From: Armatimonadia bacterium
GTDB taxonomy: Bacteria; Armatimonadota; Zipacnadia; Zipacnadales; UBA11051
DNA: 64,000 nucleotides
Direction: 5' to 3'
Assembly: GCA_039683575.1 (NCBI GenBank)
Contig: JBDKRC010000196.1
Location: forward strand, 1-64,000
This document shows, piece by piece, positions 1 to 7,941 of the stretch (within the stretch, counting starts at the first letter, position 1; the number at the start of each line of letters is the position of its first letter). Both the position numbers and the translations under genes were made by a program. Under the pieces are notes generated by a model. That model was not told the origin of the DNA. It saw only the letters and a program-made list of their open reading frames with translations, and did no database searches.

Positions 1-125
1 GCCTCCCAACCAAGGGCGCACAAGCCGACAGGCCACCAACCCGCCTCCGACCACCCCTGGCGCAAGTCCTACAAAGGGACATTTCTAGCTGGCAGATAGA
101 GGGACATTTCTACTTTGCGTTGACA
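1..125 (+). mobile_element. Right end of an IS1202/ISNCY-like insertion sequence (transposase C-terminus plus terminal inverted repeat), truncated by the window edge
   Basis: Frame 1 reads ...HQPASDHPWRKSYKGTFLAGR* (stop 97-99). A C-terminal DHPWR motif is typical of this transposase group. GGGACATTTCTA occurs twice (76-87, 101-112) and the end reads TTGACA (to 125), matching TGT...ACA ends with subterminal repeats. Confidence 0.75.
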
Positions 126-154
126 GATTGGGGATGGGCCACCTTGCTCCTCTT

Positions 155-254
155 CTGTAGGGCGGGGGCTCGTACCCCGCCACTCGGGTAGTCGGCGATA
201 ACGGCCGGCGGGGTACGAGCTGCGATGCAGACATCGCCAAGCCCCGCCCTACAG
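155..254. repeat. REP family A inverted doublet (CTGTAGGGCGGGGGCTCGTACCCCGCC)
   Basis: GTAG-preceded hairpin at 155-181 and an inverted copy at 207-254 with an extra internal hairpin. The same units recur at 59286-59369 and 60460-60543. Confidence 0.85.
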
Positions 255-276
255 CAGAGGCCGGCTCCCCTTGGCG

Positions 277-693
277 TCACACATCGAAAACCACTGTCAC
301 TGTCAGCAGGTCGCCCTGTGGGGTGATTTGCAGGCCGTGACGGGTCACTGCCTTAATCGGGGCTCCGAAGAGCGTTTCGGCGGCTTCTCGAGGGATTACG
401 CTTACCCGTAGAGTGGCCGTCTGCTCGGTGGCCTCGGTCACCTCGACGGTCACCGGAGCAAGGGCCTCGTCTTCGAGGAGATACAAGAGCTCTCGCAGGG
501 CGTGGTGGACCAGCAGTTCGGGGCTTTCGGCCTCGATCTGGCGCTCAAGGGTCTCGTCGGCCTGCGTTAGCGGCTCGATGTACAGCAGCGCGAGCATCCC
601 CGCCGCGGCGTTCTCCACCAGTTCCCGCATGTCGCGACCATAGGCCCTAATGGCCTGGTCGGCGGTGTGTTCCACTAGATCGAACTTGGGCAT
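277..693 (-). CDS. Archease (SHS2 domain; RtcB activator family)
   Basis: N-terminal EHTAD motif, IKAVTRH motif and C-terminal VVFDV, all characteristic of archeases. Confidence 0.9.
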   Translation of the reverse strand: MPKFDLVEHTADQAIRAYGRDMRELVENAAAGMLALLYIEPLTQADETLERQIEAESPELLVHHALRELLYLLEDEALAPVTVEVTEATEQTATLRVSVIPREAAETLFGAPIKAVTRHGLQITPQGDLLTVTVVFDV

Positions 694-779
694 AGCCTAC
701 CCCAACTGGGCCAGCGCTTTCCTCACTTAGACTCGGACGCAAGCAGAGGCCTCAAGACCTCAGCGGGGCGACTAATTGG

Positions 780-2537
780 TCACTCTTTGACGACCAGCAC
801 GGCATTTGAGACTGCGCGCTCGCAGCCGTCGCTGGGATCGTTGAGCAGTTGGCCACCGACCACTATCGCGGTCGAGCCGCCGCCGTCGAGGTTCATGGCG
901 CTGCGGGCGCCCAGCTTGACCATTGTCGCCGCGAGTTCTTTGAGCGTCATGCCCGGGTTCTGGACGGCGAGAAGGATCACTTCGCCGGTCGCGGAGAGGC
1001 CGACCGCCGAGCGAGGGCGGCAACTGGCAGTGACGTCGGAGCGGAAGCGCTCGGCCTGACCATTGACGCACACCTGCCCGTCCACCACCAGCACCGGGCC
1101 GCCGCCGATGGCGTGCCGCAGGTTCGGCCACTGCGGGGCGGTCTGCAGGTGTAGTTTGACACTAGTGCCCTGGCAGATATTGGCGAGGGTCTCAGCGCGG
1201 CGGCCGTTGCCGGAGATTACGTACCCTCCGTCTGGTATGGGCACATCCATTCCCGCGGGATAGACGGCGGCCACCAGGCCGCCAGCGGTTACGGCCAGTC
1301 GCGTCTTGCCGGGGGCCCCCGTAACCAGCGGCCCCCAGCGTTGGGTGAAGACCACGATGCCGTCGTCGGTCAGATGCCCCTCGTTCAGGCTCTCGATGGG
1401 CAGGAAGCCGAAGCCGTCGAACTCGAGCTTGCCGTCGAAGTCCACGTTGGCGATGGTGTAGTTGCCGTCAGTGGTGATGCCGAGCACTGCACGGCTGTAT
1501 AGCGGAGGCTTGATCCACTCGCCATCAATCACCAGCATGCCCAGCGGAGGGCCGTTTTTGGCGAAGAAGCCACCGTTGATGGCCCCGTAGGCGTTGTTGT
1601 GACGAGCGGCAATACGGGAGACGGTCCTGCGATGCATGATCGTGCCGTCGGCCAGCGCCGGGCATAGGGTCCAGCCGGTCTTCTGGGGGTTGAAGCGGAT
1701 CACGTAGCCTCGCACGGGCCCCTTACTGCCGGTGAAGGCATGGCTGCTCCAGAGATCGCCGGGGCGAGGCTTGGGGGCGACCTTGGGCTGTACCGGGGCA
1801 GGGCACTCGGTGGGCTGACGGAGCAGGTCCACGACTATCCGCGAGGGTTCGCTGAGGGTGAAGAGTTGCGGCGGCTCGGTGCTGGCGTGGCTGAAGATCA
1901 GGCGCGTGAAGCCGTCCTGCAGGCTCTCAGTGACCTGCTGGGCGAGGGCGTCGTCGAACTCGTGCACCCGCAGCAGGCTCTTGCGGCCTTCGGCATCGGG
2001 GAGGGCGGGGAACTCGACAATGAGCTTGCCGGGCTCTTCGTACCAGCGGAAGAAGGCGGGCTGCGAGACGTCCACGACGAAGCGCACCCGGTCGGGGTGG
2101 ATGCCTTGCCGCAGGGAGGTAACGCCGCTCGGGGCGGTGGTGATCTCCCAGGTCGCGGCCTGGCGGACGGTCAGGCCCAGCGGCTCGACAAGAATCTGGA
2201 CGGGCACGAGGAGGTCGCCCTCGCGAAGCACGGGCGCGACTGGCGCCTGCAGCTTCTGTTGCTCAAGCTGATATTCGCGATTGCCGGCGCGCAGGGCCAA
2301 CTGCCGGCCATAGGCGCGCAGCCGCCAGACGGTATTGTCCTGCTCGACGGTTACGCCGAGGTCGCTCTCCAGCACGCAGGTCGGCACGAGCAATTGGCCG
2401 TCCACAACGATGGGGGCGGGCTCGGGCTCAAGGAGGCGGCCGTTGATGCTCAGGGGGGCAGGGGCCTCCTGAGCGTGGGCGCAGGCGGTGGCTGCGAGCA
2501 CGATTAGGAGTATGAGGGGGACGTGGTTGCGGTTCAT
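780..2537 (-). CDS. Exported phosphodiester glycosidase (NAGPA-like) family protein with N-terminal stalk and AMIN-like domains
   Basis: Start reassigned to ATG 2537 (MNRNHVPLILLIVLAATACAHA signal peptide). Motifs AINGGFF, AIGGGPVLV, PRSAVG, AMNLDGGGST and RAVSNAV; AMIN-like FTLSEPSRIVVDL. Confidence 0.85.
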   Translation of the reverse strand: MNRNHVPLILLIVLAATACAHAQEAPAPLSINGRLLEPEPAPIVVDGQLLVPTCVLESDLGVTVEQDNTVWRLRAYGRQLALRAGNREYQLEQQKLQAPVAPVLREGDLLVPVQILVEPLGLTVRQAATWEITTAPSGVTSLRQGIHPDRVRFVVDVSQPAFFRWYEEPGKLIVEFPALPDAEGRKSLLRVHEFDDALAQQVTESLQDGFTRLIFSHASTEPPQLFTLSEPSRIVVDLLRQPTECPAPVQPKVAPKPRPGDLWSSHAFTGSKGPVRGYVIRFNPQKTGWTLCPALADGTIMHRRTVSRIAARHNNAYGAINGGFFAKNGPPLGMLVIDGEWIKPPLYSRAVLGITTDGNYTIANVDFDGKLEFDGFGFLPIESLNEGHLTDDGIVVFTQRWGPLVTGAPGKTRLAVTAGGLVAAVYPAGMDVPIPDGGYVISGNGRRAETLANICQGTSVKLHLQTAPQWPNLRHAIGGGPVLVVDGQVCVNGQAERFRSDVTASCRPRSAVGLSATGEVILLAVQNPGMTLKELAATMVKLGARSAMNLDGGGSTAIVVGGQLLNDPSDGCERAVSNAVLVVKE

Positions 2538-2587
2538 GCTGTTACGTTGGGTGCTGTGATGTTTGCTGCGATCTACGACGGCAATCC

Positions 2588-4033
2588 CTATTCTACCACT
2601 TCGATGCTGAGAGTGTTGGTGGTGCCGGGCTGGCCCATCGGGACCCCGGCGGTGATGGCCACCAGATCGCCGGTCGCCACGTGGCCCAGGCGCTTTACCT
2701 CGGCGGTCGTGCGGCTGATCATCTCTTCGGTCGCGGCCACCGTTGATACCAGGACGGGGATGACACCCCAGTACAGGCTGCAGCGGCGGGCAGTGGCCTC
2801 CAGGGGCGTGCAGGCCAGCAAGGGCACCCGCGGGCGACGCTTGGAGACGAGGCGCGCCGTGGAACCGGATTCGGTGAAGGCGATGATGGCCTTTGCGCCC
2901 ACTTCGCCGGCAATCTCGGCCGCCGCGCGGCTGATGGCGTCGGCTACGCCCAACTGGGCATTCTCCGGCGCCTGCAGCCACTCCGAATGGCGCCAGCGCG
3001 CCTGCTCGTTCTCGGCCACTGACGCGATCCGCCGCATCATGGCGACTGCTTCGACGGGATAGTGACCGACAGCGGTTTCGGCTGACAGCATCACGGCGTC
3101 GGTGCCGTCGAAAATGGCGTTGGCGACGTCGGAGGCCTCGGCACGGGTCGGGCGCGGGTTGTCGAGCATGGACTGCAGCATCTGGGTGGCGGTGATGACA
3201 GGCTTGCCCTGCAGGGCACACTCGGCGATGATGCGCTTTTGCCAGACCGGAACCTGCTCAGGCGACAGTTCGACGGCCAGATCGCCCCGGGCGATCATGA
3301 TCGCATCCGCGGCGGCCACAACCTCGCTCATCCGGTCAAGCGCCTCGGATTTTTCGAGCTTGGCGACGATCGGCGTGACATTGCAGCCCCGGCGACAGAG
3401 GCCGCGCAGTTCCAGCACGTCCTCAGGCCGGCGGACGAAGCTCAGGGCTACGTAATCCACGCCGAGTTCCAGCGCAAATTCGAGATCTTCGCGGTCCTTT
3501 TCGGTCAGCGAAGGCGTGCTGACACGCACGCCCGGCAGGTTTATACCCTTGTGCTCACCCAGCGGCCCGCCGGTGACGACGGTGCAGGTCACGTCGGTAC
3601 GGGTTTTGTTGTTGACTTCCAGTTCTAGTAGACCGTCGTCGAGCAAGATATGGTCCCCCGGCTTGACATCCTCGGCGAGGTGCTCGTAGGTCGTCGAGAC
3701 GCGGTCGGCAGTGCCGATGAGGGGCTCGGTAGTGATGACGAGGGTGGCCCCGGCCACGAGTTCGACCGGTCCGCCGCCGGCCAGGGTTCCAGTGCGGATC
3801 TTGGGGCCCTGCAGGTCAGCGAGGATGGCTACATGGGCGCCGGTCTCGGCGGCAGCATTGCGCAGGGCCTCGACGGTGCGGGCGTGGTCCTCGTGGGTGC
3901 CGTGGGAGAAATTCAGCCGCGCCACATCCATGCCGGCGGCGATCATGTCATGCATGACCGCCTGATCGTGGGAGGCGGGGCCGAGGGTGCAGATGATTTT
4001 GGTGGAGTTGTAGCTGATCAAGGGTCTGGTCAT
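2588..4033 (-). CDS. pyk: Pyruvate kinase
   Basis: TKIICTLGPAS, ARLNFSHG, DLQGPKIR, IMIARGDL, ATQML, PTRAEASDVANA. Start taken at ATG 4033 because the upstream extension runs through a REP. Confidence 0.97.
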   Translation of the reverse strand: MTRPLISYNSTKIICTLGPASHDQAVMHDMIAAGMDVARLNFSHGTHEDHARTVEALRNAAAETGAHVAILADLQGPKIRTGTLAGGGPVELVAGATLVITTEPLIGTADRVSTTYEHLAEDVKPGDHILLDDGLLELEVNNKTRTDVTCTVVTGGPLGEHKGINLPGVRVSTPSLTEKDREDLEFALELGVDYVALSFVRRPEDVLELRGLCRRGCNVTPIVAKLEKSEALDRMSEVVAAADAIMIARGDLAVELSPEQVPVWQKRIIAECALQGKPVITATQMLQSMLDNPRPTRAEASDVANAIFDGTDAVMLSAETAVGHYPVEAVAMMRRIASVAENEQARWRHSEWLQAPENAQLGVADAISRAAAEIAGEVGAKAIIAFTESGSTARLVSKRRPRVPLLACTPLEATARRCSLYWGVIPVLVSTVAATEEMISRTTAEVKRLGHVATGDLVAITAGVPMGQPGTTNTLSIEVVE

Positions 4034-4056
4034 TTCGTTTGGAGAGTGGTTCCAGT

Positions 4057-4145
4057 CGCGTTGTGCGGGCGTCTCGCCCGCCACGCCTGTAACACGTTCT
4101 GATGGTCTGCCGCGTCCGGAGCGGGCGAGACGCCCGCACTACGCG
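4057..4145. repeat. REP family B inverted doublet (GCGGGCGAGACGCCCGCACTAC; reverse complement starts GTAG)
   Basis: Two inverted hairpin copies at 4057-4081 and 4121-4145. The family recurs at 6365, 8848-8971 and 11993. Confidence 0.85.
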
Positions 4146-4191
4146 GAGGTTCGCACCTGCGGCCGGCTGAAGCTTGGCCCCGCCTTGGCGC

Positions 4192-4219
4192 TTGCGGCTG
4201 GGAGGCCATGTGCTATAAT
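4192..4219 (+). promoter_or_regulatory. Putative sigma70 promoter of the hypothetical-DUF366-queE operon
   Basis: TTGCGG-N16-TATAAT with an extended -10 (TGcTATAAT). Confidence 0.5.
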
Positions 4220-4329
4220 CGGCGAACGGCACAATCGTACTAGAGCCTACATGACGTGTCAACCGCGCCAGGCTGTGGTCGCGAGGCCCTGAGGCTGGCG
4301 CGCGAAGATTAACCTTACGAGGCACCGCC

Positions 4330-4974
4330 ATGAGCGAAGAACTCGATCTGCAGGAACTATGGAAGCTGGTCAATGGCTTCGTCAAGACCATCGGCATCAA
4401 CCGCAGCCTGTGGGAGGCGACGGCGGCCGCCAAGCCGCTGGCCGTGGATGAGGACACGCTGGTTCTGGGCTTCAAGCCGGCGGAGATGCGGCTGTCGGGG
4501 TATCTGACCACGCCGGCGAACAAGGTCCAGATCGAGGGCTTCATCGCCAAGCAGGTGGGGCGGCGCCTGTCGCTGCAGGTGATTGAGGGCGACACCCCTG
4601 AGGCGTGGGAGAAGTACAAGGAGCGCTTGCAGGCGCAGGTGGACCACACCCTCGACCGGGTGCAGTTCCGCAGCGACCACAAGGGCGCGCTGGGGATCTG
4701 GGAGACGCTTGCGGCAGACATGCACAAAATGTTCACGGAAACCCAGCAGCGCCGGTTCGCCGACCAACTCGCGCGGCTGCTGATCAGGGCGATCCCGATC
4801 ATATCCGAGGCCGAGGACAAGGCCCGCGAGGCGGAGCCAGAGGCCGAGCAGGTGCATTTCATCCACCTGAACCGCGCTTTTGACAAGCTTTCGACCTATA
4901 CCGACATTCCGGCCCCGATTGTGGCGCTGGAGTATCTGCGCTACAAGAGCAGCCGCAAGAAGCAGCAGGGATAA
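4330..4974 (+). CDS. Conserved hypothetical protein; N-terminal half resembles a DnaA domain I / DciA / tau C-terminal KH-like fold
   Basis: Typical codon usage; AKPLAVDEDTLVLGF...IEGFIAKQVGRRLSLQV pattern; TAATG coupling to the next gene. Confidence 0.6.
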   Translation: MSEELDLQELWKLVNGFVKTIGINRSLWEATAAAKPLAVDEDTLVLGFKPAEMRLSGYLTTPANKVQIEGFIAKQVGRRLSLQVIEGDTPEAWEKYKERLQAQVDHTLDRVQFRSDHKGALGIWETLAADMHKMFTETQQRRFADQLARLLIRAIPIISEAEDKAREAEPEAEQVHFIHLNRAFDKLSTYTDIPAPIVALEYLRYKSSRKKQQG

Positions 4975-5528
4975 TGCAGACCGCTTTCGCGACCGATATC
5001 TTCTACGACGGCTCCCAGCTTCGCTCAGGCTTCATCGCTGAGACCTTTGGGCTGAGCGGTGATGCCATCGTCGCGTTCACGGGCGGGTGTGACGTTTCGC
5101 CGGAGCATATGCTCGATCTGGAGGACCTGGAGGCCGGGCAGAGCATCAGAGCACGGCTCATGCTGCACTTCATTGTCGAGCACTACGGCATGGAGTTGCC
5201 ACTGGCAGTGGCGCGCCAACGGCTGCTGGCGGCGCTGGTACGCGAGGTGCTGACGGATGAATTCCATGTCACCGGTCTCACCCGCGAAGGTGATGACCTG
5301 TATCTGCGCGAGCGCAAGCTTTCGATATCGGTAGCCGTGAAATCGCCGGTGTCCGGGCTGATACACTTTGCCATGAACATTGATCCCACGGACGCGCCGG
5401 TTCCGGCAGTTGGCCTAAGGGAGTTGGGCCTGCAGGAGAGCGCCGTGGCAACAGTTATTCAGAAGGCCTATGTCACGGAGATCGCTTCCTGTGAACGCGC
5501 GGCTTCCAAAGTGCGTGCGGCGAAATGA
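4974..5528 (+). CDS. DUF366 family protein (biotin/lipoate ligase-like fold)
   Basis: YDGSQL, DAIVAFTGGCDV, DLED, MLHFIVEH, RQRLL, REGDDLY, KLSISVA, IHFAMNI. Confidence 0.85.
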   Translation: MQTAFATDIFYDGSQLRSGFIAETFGLSGDAIVAFTGGCDVSPEHMLDLEDLEAGQSIRARLMLHFIVEHYGMELPLAVARQRLLAALVREVLTDEFHVTGLTREGDDLYLRERKLSISVAVKSPVSGLIHFAMNIDPTDAPVPAVGLRELGLQESAVATVIQKAYVTEIASCERAASKVRAAK

Positions 5529-6268
5529 GCGTCCAGGCACAGGTTGCCGAGGTCTTTGCCTCTATTCAGGGGGAGGGGCCGCTCGTTGGGGTGCGGCAGG
5601 TGTTCGTGCGGCTGCGAGGCTGTGCGCTGACCTGCAAGTACTGCGACACGACTCAGTCCCGCGCGGGCGCCGGGCCGGGACGCTTTGAGCGCGAGCCCAA
5701 CGGCGGCTGGGAGTCATTCGAAAATCCCGTCACGGTGCAGCAGGTTCTGGGACTCGTGAGCGAACTGGCGGGAAGATTCCGGCCTCACTCTGTCTCTATC
5801 ACCGGTGGGGAGCCTTTGCTGCAGTCTGAGTTCCTGCTGGAGTTGCTGCCGCGTGTGAAGGAGGCAGGCCTGCAGACGTACCTCGATACCGCCTGCTGCT
5901 ACCCAGAGGCCATGCAGCGCATTGGAGAGCACGTGGACTGGGTGTCGGCTGACCTCAAGCTGCCGTCTACGATGGTCGAGCGGGTGAGCTTTGCCGATTT
6001 CGCGGCCACGTGGCAGGCGATTCGGCACGAGCGGTTCGTGAAGGTAGTCCTGACAGCCGAGGTGAGTGTGGAGGAGCTTGGGGAGGCGCTGGGAGCGCTG
6101 CGAGGGGTTGACCCGCAGGCGCAGGTGGTCCTGCAGCCAGCGACGCCGTCGGGGGGATGTCTGGCACCGTCGGCGGAACAGCTGTTTGCGCTGCTGGCGG
6201 CGGCGGTTGACCTCTTCCCCACCGTGCGACTCATCCCGCAGTGCCATGTGATGATGGGGATCAGGTAG
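5525..6268 (+). CDS. queE: 7-carboxy-7-deazaguanine synthase (radical SAM)
   Basis: EVFASIQGEG, FVRLRGCALTCKYCDT (CxxxCxxC), SITGGEPLLQ, RLIPQCH. Confidence 0.88.
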   Translation: MSVQAQVAEVFASIQGEGPLVGVRQVFVRLRGCALTCKYCDTTQSRAGAGPGRFEREPNGGWESFENPVTVQQVLGLVSELAGRFRPHSVSITGGEPLLQSEFLLELLPRVKEAGLQTYLDTACCYPEAMQRIGEHVDWVSADLKLPSTMVERVSFADFAATWQAIRHERFVKVVLTAEVSVEELGEALGALRGVDPQAQVVLQPATPSGGCLAPSAEQLFALLAAAVDLFPTVRLIPQCHVMMGIR

Positions 6269-6278
6269 GGCACAGCGC

Positions 6279-6355
6279 TGTCATCCTGAACGAAGTGAAG
6301 GATGTCAAGCCCTCGGAGAGATCCTTCGTCGCATACGACGCTCCTCAGGATGACA
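6279..6355. repeat. REP-like palindrome family C (TGTCATCCTGA...GAAGGAT / ATCCTTC...TCAGGATGACA)
   Basis: Perfect 11-bp terminal inverted repeats and inner complementary arms; intergenic. Confidence 0.75.
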
Positions 6356-6364
6356 CGCTCGTTG

Positions 6365-6389
6365 GCGGGCGGGACGCCCGCACTACGCG
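6365..6389. repeat. REP family B single copy
   Basis: GCGGGCGGGACGCCCGCACTACGCG. Confidence 0.8.
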
Positions 6390-6462
6390 GAGGGGGGGGA
6401 GGACAGGGCCGTATTGCGACGGCTACACCCGGGGCGGGTAGTATTCAACTATTTTAGCAACT

Positions 6463-7464
6463 ATGCAAACAGTCGGTTTTACCACAACAATCCCCGTCGA
6501 GGTGGTGCTGGCGGCCGGGCGGCGGCCTGTTGACCTCAACAACGTATTCATCAACGCCGACGATACGGCGGCGCTGGTGCGGCAGGCCGAGCTTGAGGGA
6601 TACCCGCGGACAGCCTGCGCGTGGATCAAGGGGCTGTACGGCACGCTGCGGCGGGAAATGGTGGATGAGGTCATCGTCGTCACCGAGGGGGATTGCAGCC
6701 AGACCCATGCGATGATGGAGACGCTGAGGGATCATGGTGTGCGGATCGTGGCCTTCTCGTTTCCGTACAACCGTGACGCTGAGCGGCTGCGCGCGGAGAT
6801 TGCGCGGCTTGCCGAGCATTTTGGTGTGACTTGGGAGGCAGCCGAGCAGGTGCGGGAGGAATTGCGGCGGCTGCGGGGAAAGATAGCACGGATTGATGAG
6901 CTGACCTGGCAGAAGGGAACCGTCACCGGGTTCGAGAATCACTACTACCAGGTATCGTGCAGCGACTTTGAGAGCGACCCGGTGGCGTTTGAGGCGAAGG
7001 TGGATGGGTTTCTGGCCGAGGTGGCGACGCGGGAGCCAACCCCGCCCGCGATCCGGCTGGGGTTTCTGGGAGTGCCGCCGATCTACAGCGACCTGTACCA
7101 GTTCCTCGAGACCCGCGGCGCGCGGATTGTATACAATGAGATCCAGCGGCAGTTCACGATGGCCGACAGCGTTGACTGCGGGCTGTTGGACCAGTACCAG
7201 CGCTACACGTACCCATATGACATTTTCGGGCGGCTGGAGGACCTCAAGCGGCAGTTGCCGCTACGGCGCCTTGACGGGGTTATCCACTATGTGCAGTCCT
7301 TCTGCTTCCGGCAGATTCAGGATACCATCATCCGCCAGCACCTGCCCTATCCGGTACTGACGCTCGAGGGAGACGTCCCGGGGCCGCTGGATGGCCGCAA
7401 CAAGCTGCGGCTGGAGGCGTTTTTGGAGACGTTGGAGGCGCGGCAGACGCGAACGCGAAAGTAG
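6463..7464 (+). CDS. 2-hydroxyacyl-CoA dehydratase family (HgdB/FldB-like) protein
   Basis: TTIPVEV, CAWIKG, GDCS, DGVIHYVQSFC, PVLTLEGD, RLEAFLE. Confidence 0.85.
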   Translation: MQTVGFTTTIPVEVVLAAGRRPVDLNNVFINADDTAALVRQAELEGYPRTACAWIKGLYGTLRREMVDEVIVVTEGDCSQTHAMMETLRDHGVRIVAFSFPYNRDAERLRAEIARLAEHFGVTWEAAEQVREELRRLRGKIARIDELTWQKGTVTGFENHYYQVSCSDFESDPVAFEAKVDGFLAEVATREPTPPAIRLGFLGVPPIYSDLYQFLETRGARIVYNEIQRQFTMADSVDCGLLDQYQRYTYPYDIFGRLEDLKRQLPLRRLDGVIHYVQSFCFRQIQDTIIRQHLPYPVLTLEGDVPGPLDGRNKLRLEAFLETLEARQTRTRK

Positions 7465-7475
7465 CTTGATGTAAG

Positions 7476-7688
7476 ATGCTCAAACTTCACATATTCATCC
7501 GACCAGATGAGATCGACGGCGGCTATATCGCTGATTGCCCCGACATCCCTGGCTGCATGTCACAGGGAGCAACGGAAGAGGAAGCCCTCGCCAACATTCG
7601 TGAGGCCATAGCTCTGTGTCTCGAAGTGCGCAGGCAGGAGGGTTTGCCGCTGACGGTTCCTGTGCACGAATATGAGGTGGCCATGTGA
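7476..7688 (+). CDS. hicB: HicB-family antitoxin (short, no DNA-binding domain)
   Basis: GGYIADCPDIPGCMSQGATEEEALANIREAI. Confidence 0.92.
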   Translation: MLKLHIFIRPDEIDGGYIADCPDIPGCMSQGATEEEALANIREAIALCLEVRRQEGLPLTVPVHEYEVAM

Positions 7689-7906
7689 GTCGGCTTCCGC
7701 AGCTTCGGGGGGATGAGGTTGTTGCGGCTCTCAAGCGGGCGGGATGGGCGGTAAGAGGCCAACGGGGCAGTCATGTAGTCCTGGTCAGGGCAGGAAGCAT
7801 CTACTCCCTGTCAGTACCTTTGCACGATCGGGTCGGGCGCGGCTTGTTGCACGACCTAATACGTAAGGCGGGCCTGTCGGACGACGAATTCCTCGAGTTA
7901 CTGTAG
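7685..7906 (+). CDS. hicA: HicA-family mRNA interferase toxin
   Basis: LKRAGW...RGSHVVL...VPLH...GLLHDLIRKAGLS; GTGA overlap with hicB. Confidence 0.92.
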   Translation: MSRLPQLRGDEVVAALKRAGWAVRGQRGSHVVLVRAGSIYSLSVPLHDRVGRGLLHDLIRKAGLSDDEFLELL

Positions 7907-7941
7907 TCAATTGCATACACCGAATGCGTGAGGTGATCGCC

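Noticed and set aside
725-775. c-di-GMP-I riboswitch-like GGACGCAAGC
   Set aside because: It is on the opposite strand to the flanking genes and has no GCAAAC/GAAA P2 element.
2538-3221. 228-aa N-terminal extension of the 813-aa ORF
   Set aside because: It overlaps pyk in another frame and has shadow-ORF composition; a signal peptide begins at ATG 2537.
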